A DNA stretch of 64,000 nucleotides from Catajapyx aquilonaris (Eukaryota): NCBI GenBank assembly GCA_000934665.2, contig KZ538455.1, positions 1 through 64,000 of the forward strand. Direction: 5' to 3'. Position 1 is the first letter of the stretch; every line of letters begins with the position of its first letter. The notes beneath the pieces were generated by a model. That model had not been told where the DNA came from, ran no database searches, and was given only the letters and a program-made list of their open reading frames with translations. Below are positions 11,771 to 24,300 of this stretch, piece after piece. Position numbers and translations under genes: made by a program.

Positions 11771-12229
11771 CTGCAGTTTTGAAGCGATCTAAAAGTAGGT
11801 CTTGTGCATGACATTTTGCAAGGTGCGTAGTACTTTCGCTTTTATAGAATACTGTTGAGCTACTTTTGGGTGTGACGTGGGTTGTGATAGTTCAAGGGCT
11901 ATGTGCATGAAAATGGTCAAGATGCATAATATTTGCATAATTGTTTTCTTTTTGCATATGTCATGACTTGTCATATGCGGAGTGAGTGACCGATTTAGTG
12001 CATGTAGGTGCAATCACATTGACATATATTTGACTTTCACGATCGAGTCTTGACATTGTAACATGCTGACTTCGAAGGGTAATATGCTAAGTACAAAAAT
12101 ATATCGCAATAAAAAATCACCGAAAGTAAATACGGTACTGTATTTATTCCATCACTTCCACATTATACAATATTAATATAATGTACTGTTTTGCTCAGAC
12201 AAGATGTTCGCTCCTTCCTTCAGAAACTA

Positions 12230-12841
12230 CTACGGATCTTTCGGATTCAGGTAGGTCCAAATATCATCAATTTGCTGAAATTAAAATTAAAAACAAATTG
12301 TCATCAACTCATAATTTGCCTAAATGTTCGAACTTCTTGCGTTACTTCAAGAGGAAATTAATAAGTTTTATCAATTTTATTTTTGTTTCAATATCCAAGT
12401 TTGTCATATATAGATACGTAGACATGTGGCATAACTATTATAGTGGTTCACGTGCATTCCAAACAAAAAAAATGGAAAATATACTGCGATTATATCAATT
12501 ATGAATCCGAAATAGACAAAATCAACTCGTGTGTTTTCGCAAGGAATCAACATATAACATAAAACATAATACCGCATGAACATGACAGTTTCTTTCACTC
12601 ATAAATAAGCGTAGAGAAATGCATTATTAATCTATTATTTAAAAAAAATGTCAAGTATTGATACTTACGACACGTTCAGGTTTCTCATGGTCTGAAAAAG
12701 ACAATTAACAAAGGATTCAAAAAAGGAATCAACAACTAATCAACAAACAGTAATATATTAACGATTATTTACGTGCTGAACGAGCATCAACTGCTGCCAA
12801 CAACAGCAAGCATACGTATGTCATCACCATCAAAAGTGCCT

Positions 12842-12922
<81 letters not shown>

Positions 12923-12983
12923 GATGATTTTAAAGCCGGAATTGTATAATTTTGATGGCAAAGACACTCACCCATTTCATCAT
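12230..12983 (-). CDS. Tiny secreted peptide precursor, ~48 aa
   Basis: Exons 12983-12972 (MMKW, gtgagt), 12839-12773 (ALLMVMTYVCLLLLAAVDARSA, phase 1), 12691-12669 (HHEKPERV, gtaagt), 12274-12230 (QIDDIWTYLNPKDP*); AATAAA near 12145. The last exon is the least certain. Confidence 0.6.
12843..12922. repeat. (AAT)n microsatellite in intron 1 of the 48-aa gene
   Basis: Uninterrupted AAT run. Confidence 0.95.
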
Positions 12984-13463
12984 GTTTTAGCAGAGTGCTG
13001 TGTTAGGTGTCGTACAGTTCCGAACAAATCTCGCCAACAAAACTGAGCCAAGTACTTACCGATATTATATGTCCTTTCTGAATAGAGAATAGAAAATTGC
13101 AGAAAGATATGCCGACAGTATATTCCGGAGATAACTACGTGCTTGTACACCACGTCATGCAATAATATTGTGATGCGCACTTCATGTAACTGATATATGG
13201 AAAATAAAATGTTAAAGGTTGTGTCAGTGCACAGTTGTGGACATTGTTATGGATTCACACTACAGTGAATTTTTAATGAGTGACCCAGAATGCAGGACGT
13301 TTATTCCATTGCTTAGGTGCAATTTTCAGCAATTTGATTATATACTAGAAAGGACATGAAACTACTTTCGATGGTTTTTCGACTTCAATACTAATTACCC
13401 CCAACCATTTCTCAATTTTCTGAAACTGAAAGGAAAAAAATAATATTACAGTAATAAATTATT

Positions 13464-13853
13464 TTAATTATATAAGCATTCAACATCAACAACCGTGATT
13501 TTTATGCATGATGTCCCTAAAGATTTGAACTTCCTTTCGGATTTATTGCTGTTATTCCAAGAAGGAATTACTACAGTTGGTTTTTTTTTCTTCATTTTAT
13601 TGTCATTATGGAGGTAATACTCAAGGCCTGTTTCCACCGGCATGATATTTGAGCACACAATGAAAATCACAAAAATAGAGCACTGGCGGGGACGAGGAGG
13701 GATTGGCAAGAAAGGGTTTGTATTAATAATTTATTAGTACCCTATACAGTGTATAATAATAGTGGATATTATTAAGGTGTGCCAGCCTGCATTCTTAGCA
13801 TCTTATTAGGTCTTTTCGACTGTACTTACAGTAGACCACTATAAGCAGAGCAT
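13464..13853 (-). pseudogene. Possible disabled member of the secreted-gene cluster
   Basis: Putative exon 1 13853-13830 = MLCL*WST with a strong gtaagt donor; phase-0 exon 13682-13464 = CSIFVIFIVCSNIMPVETGLEYY... hydrophobic start. In-frame TAG at 13841-13839. Confidence 0.3.
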
Positions 13854-14229
13854 TATTTTCCTCACACGTCTTCTTGTCTCAACCAGTAACCGACAGTTTA
13901 TCTTAAACGTCGGTTAGTTCTTAAACCGTTAATTAGAGATCTCTGCAGTTAACTACGAGCAATCAGTACGTTTGAACCGTCGATAACCTATACAGTTAGT
14001 TCTTAGATTATTTTGTCAAACTTTCCGAACTGAAAGCTGGAACTGTGTTAGAAAAAATTACGACAGTTTTCTCAATTAAATCGTAATAATTTATTCTCAC
14101 ACATTCCTTTGTGGAATAGACACCAAGGTGTTTGCAATAAGGGCACCTGAAAATCAATGAACAAACATGAAGCGAACATGTCGACAAGAAATAATCACTA
14201 AAAAAAGTCGAGCTGAATAATTTACCTGT

Positions 14230-14661
14230 TTAATGGTGATGGCCATGGTGACCGTGGTGATGTCCGTGGTGATGACCGTGGTGATGGTGGTGACCGTGGT
14301 GATGGTGGTGGCCATGATGGTGGTGATGACCATGGTGGTGATCATGGTGGTGATCGTGATGATGATCGTGATGGTGATCGTGGTGATGCCCATGGTGGTG
14401 GTGATGCCCATGATGATGCCCATGATGGTGGTGATGCCCATGGTGATGACCTGTCACACACACAAATCTACTTAATATTCACCAACATTAGCATGCAATT
14501 ACAGCAATTACCATGATGGTCATGATGATGATGCCCTGCGTTGACCGTCAAGACAACAACGCACAGAATCAGAAGAAAAATCAAAGCCTACAACCAAACC
14601 ACGAATTAGTGTTGTTAGAGTGTGAGTTAACAATAAGCTGACTTACGAGTTTGGACGCCAT
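14230..14661 (-). CDS. Secreted poly-histidine peptide, 103 aa (mature ~81 aa, ~78% His)
   Basis: Exons 14661-14647 (MASKL, gtaagt), 14587-14512 (ALIFLLILCVVVLTVNAGHHHHDHH, phase 1), 14450-14230 (GHHHGHHHHHG...DHHH...GHHH*). TATATAAG at 14772-14765. Confidence 0.9.
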
Positions 14662-15305
14662 TGTTGCTCGGACTTAACTCGACAAAACTACCAGGATCTG
14701 TTCCAAAAACTGCAGGGAACTTCTCTCAGAGGAGATTGATGCCGTCCATCGAGGCACCTCATGTCTTATATACAACCAGGGGGGAATGTTGAGATGGCTT
14801 CCTGATTTTTATCCATGATCGAGCAATTATCACCGGTCCAAATTAGCTCACAGAGTTTGGTTCGGACCGATAGGAAGGCGTAAAATTGGGCGAATTCTTT
14901 TGCGAAAGCGAAAGTGGAGCCTTACTTGGAACGAATGCACGAAAGTTGCGACAATGTTTCTCAAATATCATAATTACAACTTGAGATTTGTTTATTTAAG
15001 CTATTTATTTATTGTGACGGGCCACCTGATGAGTATGCAATTTTCATATACGCACAGCATACAATTCAAGTGTGACTGGTCCATTGAACAGATCCAAATC
15101 AAATTTTTTAAATGTTAACTTTCAGAGTACAGAACACTCGTTTGGTAATTTTACCGGAATTAATCCAATTGCGAGGATTCCTGCCAGTCATTTCTTAACT
15201 AAAACCATGCCCAATTAATTACAACGTTCCCTTTCACTGAGAAGTACTCAACCGAAAGATAACATGACAATTAATTACGTAACACAAGACATGCTTCCGT
15301 GCTTT

Positions 15306-15590
15306 CCCCCCCCCCTTTTTGGGAGCAATTTTATGGTTTTATTTACTTGCACTTTATTTGGTTAGAAACTAACTGTTATTTATGTGAAAATAGCTGCTAT
15401 TGTAATTTAGCACCTTTCCAGCCATACAAACATCGCTTATCACCAGCNCCCCCCCCCCCTTTTTGGGAGCAATTTTATGGTTTTATTTACTTGCACTTTA
15501 TTTGGTTAGAAACTAACTGTTATTTATGTGAAAATAGCTGCTATTGTAATTTAGCACCTTTCCAGCCATACAAACATCGCTTATCACCAG
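15306..15590. repeat. Near-identical ~142-bp tandem duplication split by a single N (probable assembly artefact)
   Basis: Two copies of poly-C TTTTTGGGAGC...TTATCACCAGC with n at 15448. Confidence 0.75.
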
Positions 15591-16321
15591 CCTGCACATA
15601 ACCGCATTTTTTTTCTACCCTCGTAACACAGATAGTCCATTTTGCTCCCATGTTCAACCAGTCTATCTGCTCGGATCTATCTCCCCACTACACACATTAC
15701 ATGCCATCCACCCCTCTACGCACATATAATTGAACAAGGTGCATACAGAGATCATGGATCATCCAGGTTCATACACATTGGCATGGATAAATATTATCGG
15801 GTATCTCCAGAGAANGAGGGGGGGGGGGGTTATATTAAATGGCCCATCAACGTCCCCCCCTTTCCACATAGCCAAGTACAATTCGCTAGTTGATGTTCCA
15901 TTCAATAACACGAGAATCAGCGGTCGCTGGTCTTTGGTCCCAAGGGACTCAGCCTGCCAAATGGCCCATTTAATTTTAATGCCCTAATTTACTTGCCCAT
16001 TCTGGGTAGGAAAGCAGGGGGGAGTATTAAAATACAACGGAATTTCAATAAGCTGCCCAATTAACCGAGGGGGGGGGGGAAGGCTATATTTAAAATATGA
16101 TCGTAAATTATTATTGAACCAATAGATTCACATCACTATTGTTGCTGCCATCAAAAGAGCTGCGAGTGATATGGTAGGAAATAGCCCATCGGTATTGTTG
16201 ACATTTTTTTATTGTACGAAAGCGGGTATAAAAAGGGCGCACAGGCACAGCACAACAAAAACTCTATTGTCAACAATGGTTCTCAACAGCAAAAAGTTGT
16301 TCAGTATTTTTCAATGTCATG

Positions 16322-17053
16322 TTAGTGGTGATTGTGCCCTCCGTGATGACCATGGCCGTGTCCGTGATGGTGATGGTGACCGTGACGGTGATGGTGCCCG
16401 TGCCTGTGGTGGTGGTCGTGGTTGTGTTCGTGGTCGTGATGGTGCTTGTGATTGTGCCCGTGGTGGTGGTGGTGGGTATGACCTGCATTCGCAAAAGGAA
16501 ACAGTTCACTTTCCCCCCCAGCAGTCCTTCAGTGAAAACAAATTTTTTAAAACACAAAAACCTACCGTGATAACTGTGTCCGTGGTGGTGGTGACCCGCA
16601 TTGACCACGACCGAAACCACGCACAGGATGGCCAACAATACCAGAACCTGTAATCACATCAAATGTGCATATACGCATCCATATTTTTGCTAAACACTGA
16701 GTGTTTGTACAGAGAAGTTGCCATTTTAGCATTATATAAATATTAGCTGATAATATCAGCTAATTTCATCAGCTAATCGAAATAGCAGCTGATGAACCCA
16801 GCTCGCTAATTTCATCAGCTAATCGAAATAGTAGCTAATGAAACCAGCTAATATGATCAGCTAATTTCGTCGTTTGATAACCAGTGAAAGTATGCAGCTT
16901 TATGCCAATTGCAGAACTCAGCAAAGTTTCGGACAACACAATGCAACAAGCAGCACTCCAGATTTTCACCTTGATGGAGTGCTGATGGTCCTGTCCGGAA
17001 CCTTATTTTTTGGGAGGGAATTCATGAAAAATTCCTACCGCTTTGGAAGCCAT
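16322..17053 (-). CDS. Secreted His-rich peptide, 85 aa (mature ~63 aa, ~63% His)
   Basis: Exons 17053-17039 (MASKA, gtagga), 16647-16566 (VLVLLAILCVVSVVVNAGHHHHGHSYH, phase 1), 16482-16322 (GHTHHHHHGHNHKHHHDHEHNHDHHHRHG...GGHNHH*). TATATAAG at 17158-17151. Confidence 0.9.
16740..16870. repeat. CAGCTAAT-type minisatellite in intron 1
   Basis: Repeated GCTAATTTCATCAGCTAATCGAAATAG units. Confidence 0.65.
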
Positions 17054-18119
17054 GCTAATGAATCCTCTTGAAGACACTTAAAAAGACACACCGTACTTGA
17101 ACTTCACTGCACTTGATGAGACTGTGCCCTTGTGCAGTCAGCACCGGGCACTTATATAGAAGGCAGTGACTGTGATGAGGTGGTTATGTTCCTCTCCAGT
17201 GAACAATTTGCAGCGCAAGACAAAGGTGGTCACCCCATCCCCGGTCTCTGCTCAGAGAAGGACTGTCCAAAAAAAATGTATGATTTTCGAACTAAGAAAA
17301 AGTCGAGCTGCCTTGCCGTGGGAGAATCTTGTCCTGATGTGACAGTGAAAGTCAGCCGGAACACATTAACTGGACTTGTTCAAAATCCAGCATTTCAGTC
17401 AAATACAGGGTGGTGCGTACTAAAAAATGTTACTGTCTAAGGTCTACATGAAAATTATTTGGCTGGAAAAGAGTGTCAGAAAATCGGACAATAATGAAGT
17501 ACAAAATTATTTGGCTCTTTTCAAGTTGGAAAAATTGCTTCTGAAGGCACATATTTCAATTGAAATTTGAATTAATCCAATACTGAAAGGCAATTTAAAT
17601 TATTTAGAAATTGTAGGCTTACTTTTAACATAAAAAGAAAAAATAATTAAAAATTGAAATCACAAAATGAAAATAATAAAATAAAATAAATCGTGACACA
17701 GAAAATTACAACTAAATTGATTATGAAATTGGAAGATTGAAATTAAAATAATTTTTAAATTCTTTATATTACAATTAAATCATAAACATAAAATTACAAT
17801 GTTGCAATAATTATCATTCAAATATTAATTGAATTTATTACAAAACTTTTGAATTGCGCTTAATTACTCGAATCAAATTCTTTAATAAAAATTCAATTGT
17901 GAGATCAACTAAACTGCTTAATTTAAAATTAAATTTCCTCGATTTAAAATTAAATTTATTAGACAATACCAGTAGTAAAGAAGGGTGTAGATACACTTCC
18001 TGAGTGTGAACTTGGGCAGTGTAACACCCGGTGTCGTTTACAGTACCCAATTTTCTGCATTGCTGAAATGCACCTTAATTACCTGCAATTTTGAGCGTAG
18101 TACTGTTATATACCAACTT

Positions 18120-19730
18120 TCACTTCTTCCTTTTTCTTCCTGCAATTAAAAAGGTTTTTGGGGAGGATTCGGTGGATTAGCAAAACTAAGGCGGTGTCAG
18201 GGTCGGATTTTTTGAATTGTTGGGAGAAAGCAACACTACTTGGTTTCACTTTTCCTCTCTCTTTATTTTTGGTGAGATCATTGGTACCTATAGGTTGTTA
18301 GATCATTTACCTTTCATCAGCGACGATACCCTGTGAGGGGAAGATCAGGATTTAATTGGTCACTGCTGCTATTCTGACCGTTTTGAATGGCCTTACCTTG
18401 GCCGTAACCCCTGTTGCCTCCGGAACCTCTGTTGCTTCCAGAACCTCTGTTACTTCCGGAACCTCTGTTGCCTCCGTATCCTCCGGAGTCGCCGCCGTCT
18501 CCGTATTCGTTTCCGTCTTGGCTTCCGTAATTGCTACCTCCTTGATCGCTGAAACTGTAGCTGTTTTCACTCTCACTGCCCTGTGTTCCGCCTCGTCCGT
18601 TACGTTTCCGGCCGTTTCCGTAACCACCGGAACTTACACCGGATATTCCATAACCAGATCCGGAACTTCCATAACCAGATCCGGAGTTTCCGTAGCCTCC
18701 ATAACCTGATCCAGAGTTTCCGCCGTACCTTCCGTAACCAGAGTTTCCTCCGTAGCCGCCGTAACCAGCAGAATTTCCGCCGTAACCGCTACCCCCGGAG
18801 TTTCCGCCGGAACTAGAACCAGTTCCTGAATTTCCGCCGTAACTAGAACCAGATCCTGAATTTCCACCATAACTAGAACCAGATCCTGAATTTCCACCGT
18901 AACCACCGGACGATCCGCCGTAACTTCCGTAACTTGATCCGGTGTTTCCACCATTTCCGGTGTTTCCGTAACCGGAGTTTCCGTAACTGCTTCCGGTTCC
19001 CCCGCTGTTGCCGCTTCCTACGCTGTTGCCGTAATCGCCTCCGTCGTTTCCCTCGAAGTTGTCGTCATTATCAAACCCGTCTTCTCCGGAGTTTCCGGAG
19101 TTCCCGTTGTTTGTGGAATAACTTGTTCTGGTCCTTCCGGTACGAGTACGACCACGTCCTCGGTTGCCTCCGTCGTCGTCAAATCCTTCGTCAAAGTTTT
19201 CGTCATCACCGTCGTTATTGTTGTTGTTGTTATTGTTGCCTCCACCACCGCCGAAGTCCTGCCCTTCATCATCGTTGTAACCTGACACAAAGAGTCGCCA
19301 ATATTAATTAATTGTTGCCTTGGTGATCTCAAGTTACGAATTGTAATGTCTCATCATTGTTTTTCAATAGTTGAAACAATGCACTGATTGCAGGTGCAAA
19401 ATTTCTCCAATTACAAGTGGTAAAGTGTTAAGCTTACCACCGTCGTTACCTCCATCGTTGCCACCGTCATTGCCACCGTCGTCTCCAAACCCGTCGTCTC
19501 CCTGTCGTCCTGCAAAAATTTATGATTAAACACACAAAAAATTATTAAATTATTATTATAGATTACACCTACCTTGACCTGCCACTGCTCTGCACAACGT
19601 TGCGACAACACATATCAGCAATATCTGAATGAAAAAAAACGCGCTATTAGTCGTCTAATGGTGCAATTAAAAAGGAGTACCCAGCTTGGTGATAATCGAC
19701 TCCACTTACATATCGCACCATATCCGGCAT
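18120..19730 (-). CDS. Secreted Gly/Ser/Asn/Tyr-rich structural-type protein, ~349 aa
   Basis: Exons 19730-19710 (MPDMVRY), 19624-19573 (ILLICVVATLCRAVAGQ), 19509-19438 (GRQGDDGFGDDGGNDGG..), 19281-18397 (ORF 18317..19288 frame), 18139-18120 (GRKRKK*); all phases compatible. TATAAAAG at ~19808-19801. Confidence 0.85.
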
Positions 19731-21309
19731 ATCAAAGCACCAGGCATTAATTCGGCGGATAAAACCCATACAATGTACGGTCCATCGATCTGATCCTTCC
19801 CTTTTATAGTCGACCCATCAATATGACTGGCAGTGCGATTAGCATAAAACTAGTAATTTATAAAATGGAAAGCAATAAGTCAGCCATTTCAGAGGCCATC
19901 TTTTTTTCTCTCTCTTTCTCTCTTCTCCTCTGGTACATATCAAGGCTTTATTGCTGCATTGCAAAGACCTCGAGTCCTTGGATTGTGGCTGTAATCCCAG
20001 CAGATGAAGGAATTTACACGTCGCTGGGATTCCAAACCCCCTTTATCCACATGTGATTGCGTAAATGGGACACCCGTGTCGAGGATCAATGCTTTTGTCA
20101 CGTTTCTCTTTGATTTTCCCTCCGTCGACGACGACGGTTCTGCCTCGACGCCTGTTGAATCTTGACATACAAGAGTTAAGGTAGATTAGCCCTCTCCATC
20201 CATTATATATACTCTCGTAGATAGAAATTTTTTGCGCAGATTTTTCCAGCAATCCAAAAGGTCATGTGCGCTTTATCTATTTCGCACTTTCCAAGTTATT
20301 TCACGTAATTAATTAATTTTTATATTGATGTTTAATTTTTATAGGATTTTTTATTTGATTGTTAATTTTTCAGTTGTAAATGTTTAAATGTTTAAATTTT
20401 TCGTTTTTATTTTGTTTGAATATTTTAATTCAATTTGAAATTTGAAATTCATTTTTTTTGCTTTTGATTTGATTGTTAATTTTTCCGTTATAAATATTTA
20501 AACTGAATTTTTCATTTTTAGTCTGTTTCGCGTGACATTTATCGCAAATTTTGCACTAGTATAAGAGCTATTCTGGCCATGTTTGTTTTAAATTGTAAAA
20601 TGCTCGTTTTATTGCTGCTTTTACAAGTTTTTAACTTCGTTGTCCTGCTGCAATAAGCGATACGGTATACTTGAAAGCTGCGTTGACATAGAATCATAGA
20701 TGATTGGGAGGATGGACCAGCTTTTTAAATGGGTGTTGAAGCTTTTAGGGATCGCCTGAAAACCATTTAAGCGCCTATCTGGTTTGCAACCTATTTTAAT
20801 GCGATTATTTTGTTGACTCTTTTTTTTTCAGTGTTCGTTAATTTGAAGTGAGGCTGCTTTCAAACCCCCCCCCCNCCCCCTCATTTTGCAGGGTAATTCA
20901 GGTGTTTGTAAAAGAAAATAAGCTTTGCCCAGTAATTAATTTTTAATTTTTTTTCAATTTGGGGAGGTCTGGCAAGATTATTAATTTTGCGCGAGTGAGT
21001 GGTGGGAAACATTCTCATTAGAGTATTGATCATTTGCAGTTTCCCGCTGGATTTGTAGACTGGTTGCGACATCTCTGGCCTAAAATTGTTACTGCAATTT
21101 GCTACCTGTAAAAATTTATTGCAAAAATTTAATGATGTGTTTTTAATAGAAAACAAACTGTATACGCATCGGGATCAGTTTTTATATATAGTTTTTTATT
21201 TAACCATTCACAATTAAATAACAAATAAAATATTTGCGAACAGACATTAACAACCAAATTGACTGTGTGACCCGTACTTTTCTCTTTATTAATATAAAAA
21301 ACAGGTCGT

Positions 21310-24300
21310 TTAAAATAATAAGGGCTGAGATTTCTTGCCACCTTTGGTTTCATCCAACTTCGGGTTGTAAACTGTTGTAGGTGGTCCGTGATCTGAAAAT
21401 TAAAATTATTGTAAATTAAAATTGTAATTAAAATAAATTTAGAGCAAATACCTGGATCGTCAGCGTCGTTATCTGCTTTCACTAACTCTCTGTACACATC
21501 CTCGTCAAATTGGTCTCGTTTCTTCTTAGGCACTGGAATACCAAAATATATTATTTTAATGTCATACGCAACGTTACGATGTACTTACGAAAATTGTCCA
21601 ATTGGCGATCAATTGCTTTGGTATATTTCCTCAACGATTCTTCTGATAAGTCATCCTTCCGTCTGTTCCTCGTTCGTTGCTTGGATTCGGCCGAATTGAC
21701 GTCGTCGTTTTCGTAGTCATCGTCGTCCGAATGTCGTCTTCCACCGGTGCGGTACTTTCGGTACGGTTCTATAAATCGAACTCCAGTTATTCCATCTTTG
21801 ATTGGGAATGCAAGGTACGGGTTGTAATAGGAGGAAATAGGAGGGTAAATGATGCGTCGTGGTTGTTGACGGAATATGGGTTGTTGTCCTTCATCATTAA
21901 AATAATTACCGTGTGGTCTTCGGTCGTCTCTCCGCCTGTCGTCGTACCGGTCGTCGTACCGGCGTCGGTCATCATCATAGTGCCTGCGACGAGGCCGGTC
22001 ATCATAGTCACGACGTCGATCGTCGTAACGGTCATCCTCACGACGATCATCGTAGCGTGGACGATCGTCGTCCCTGCGACGGTCATATCTGGGACGATCG
22101 TCATAATCGCGTCGGTCATCGTCGTGGTGTCGGGGACGTTCCTCCTCGTCATGATGCTGAGGACGTTCCTCCTCTTCGTCATGGTGTCGATTGTCTGGAT
22201 GATCTTCCTCCTCGTCGTTCCTGTTAACATCCGGATGCTCCTCTTCCTCTCGTTCGCCTTCAGGATACTCCGGCTCGTCGTTGGATGGAACTTCATCGTC
22301 GTCGTTTTGTCGTCGGTGTCTCGATTCGCTTTCTTTCTCATCCTCAGGCTCTTCGCTTCTTTGTTGACGACGCGTCGACTTTTTGGGTTGCTCTTCCTCC
22401 TCTTCCTCCTCTTCGGTTTCAGGCTCCTTAGGTTTTTCCTCTTCTTTCTCTTTGTCGTCTTCCTCCTCTTCTTCCTCCTCTTTCTGCTTCCGTGATTTTT
22501 TGGCCTTTTTCGCTTTGGATTTTCGACCTTTTGGCTTCTTTTTTACTTTTACTTTCGCAGGCTCCTCTTCCTCCTCTTCCTCCTCGTCATCTGTATTTTT
22601 CTTCTTCTTCTTTTTGACCGGTTCTGTTTCTTCCTCTTCCTCTTCCTCTTCCTCCTCCTCCTCGTACTGTACTTTCGTCTTTTTCTTTGGCTTTGGCTTC
22701 TTCTTCCTCTTTATTTTAATTATTTTAACAACCGGCGGTTCTTCCGGTTCTTCATCTTCGTACTCGTATATGACAGGTGCCGCCGTCGGTTGTGTTGCGT
22801 ATGTCCTAACTGGCTGTGAAATGTACGGAAGTTTAAGACTTTCGTTCTCTGGTATGGCTGAATTTACAGAAGGAGCTTCCTCGTAATTCCTATAAGGCTG
22901 CTGTTGCTGTTGCTGTTGTCGTTGTTGTATCTTACGAATCCTAAGTTTAGGCCTGGTTGTGCTGGCCGCCAGTTGCAACTGTTGATTATTATTAAATTGC
23001 AATTGATGCTGATTATTATTCTGATGCAACTGCAGTTGTTGGTTACCGTCGTAAACCAGAGGTTGTTGGTTATTGTTGTAACTGGTCGGTTGATGGTTAT
23101 TGTTGAACGATGCAGGTTGCTGATTATTGTTAAAATTTGTCTGTTGCTGATTGTTGTTGTACCGCCTAGGTTGCTGCTGGTTATTCCCCCGAATCTGTTG
23201 TTGATTGTTGATACGGAATGGTTGCCTGTTGTTGCGGAAATTTTGCTGATTGTTATTACGGGTCTGCTGCTGCAGAGGCGTCTGGTTGTTATTGTATGGC
23301 AGTGAATTACCCTGCCGCTTGTCATAATCCTGCCTCCTTTGATGGAACCCATTGTAGGCGTTTCTGAGCGCATTGTTGTACTCATTGTTGGACGACTGGG
23401 CTGTTATTGGCTGGCTCTCGTTTTCTGAAACCCCGCCCACTTTTGAGCCAAACTCCAAGCTGGCTATGTGGAAGTCTCGAAAATCATCGAAGTGAACTCC
23501 GTGGTCCAACACTGTGTGATCAGTCTTGGGCGTTACATCGGGTTTGGCAGTGACAATCCTCTGAACGGAAGCAGAAAATGGGTTGATCGAAGCTGAAGTG
23601 ACAGGAGACGATGCAGAGAACGCGAGTGTCGAAGGATAGAACTGGTTGTAACTCTGGCCCGGAAATCTAAAACCAGGTGTTGGATCCCGAAGTCTTGATA
23701 TCACCGACAGTGTGTATGGAAAAGGACCTTCCTGGGGTGGAAGAAGCTGCTGTTGTGGACGTCGTTGAAACTGCTGATTTGGTTGAAACTGTCGAGGTAC
23801 AAAGTGTGTTGGACGAGGTGACAAGTGAGCTGGACGAGGTGACAAGTGAGCTGGACGAGGTGACAAGTGTGCTGGACGAGGTGGAAAATGTGTCGGATTA
23901 ATTGACAAGTGTCCTTGCTGAGGTGACAAGTATGCCGGATTAGGTGACAAGCGTGTTGGATTAGGTGACAATTGGGCTAGATTATGTGACAAGATTGCTG
24001 GATTAAGTGACAGGTGTGCTGGAGTAGGTGGACGAGGTGGAAAGCGTGTTGGATTAGGTGACAAATGTTGGGTTGGACGAAATTGTTGTTGAGGTCTTCT
24101 AGGTGGTTCAGGTGAATATTCATCACCATTGGCAGTAGGCGGGGTGTGAATAAAAGGCTGACGACCTGGTAAGCGCTGACCAAACTCACTGTCTGAAGAA
24201 GGATGTCTTTCATCCACAGTGACCTGTGGTTGATACTCTTCTGACCCCTCACTTGTGACTGGTTCTGGTGGAGGTCGAAACTGTCGATATATTGGAGGCG

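Noticed and set aside
12199..12504. Possible plus-strand exons (KMFAPSFRNYYGSFGFR / YVDMWHNYYSG...)
   Set aside because: Splice sites look good, but I found no in-frame upstream start exon and it overlaps the minus-strand micro-gene; unresolved.
12787..12975. Poly-Ile ORF
   Set aside because: Translation of the (ATT)n microsatellite.
15306..15590. Tandem duplication as a biological repeat or 100-aa repeat ORF
   Set aside because: Near-identical copies joined at a single N next to a homopolymer; typical assembly artefact.
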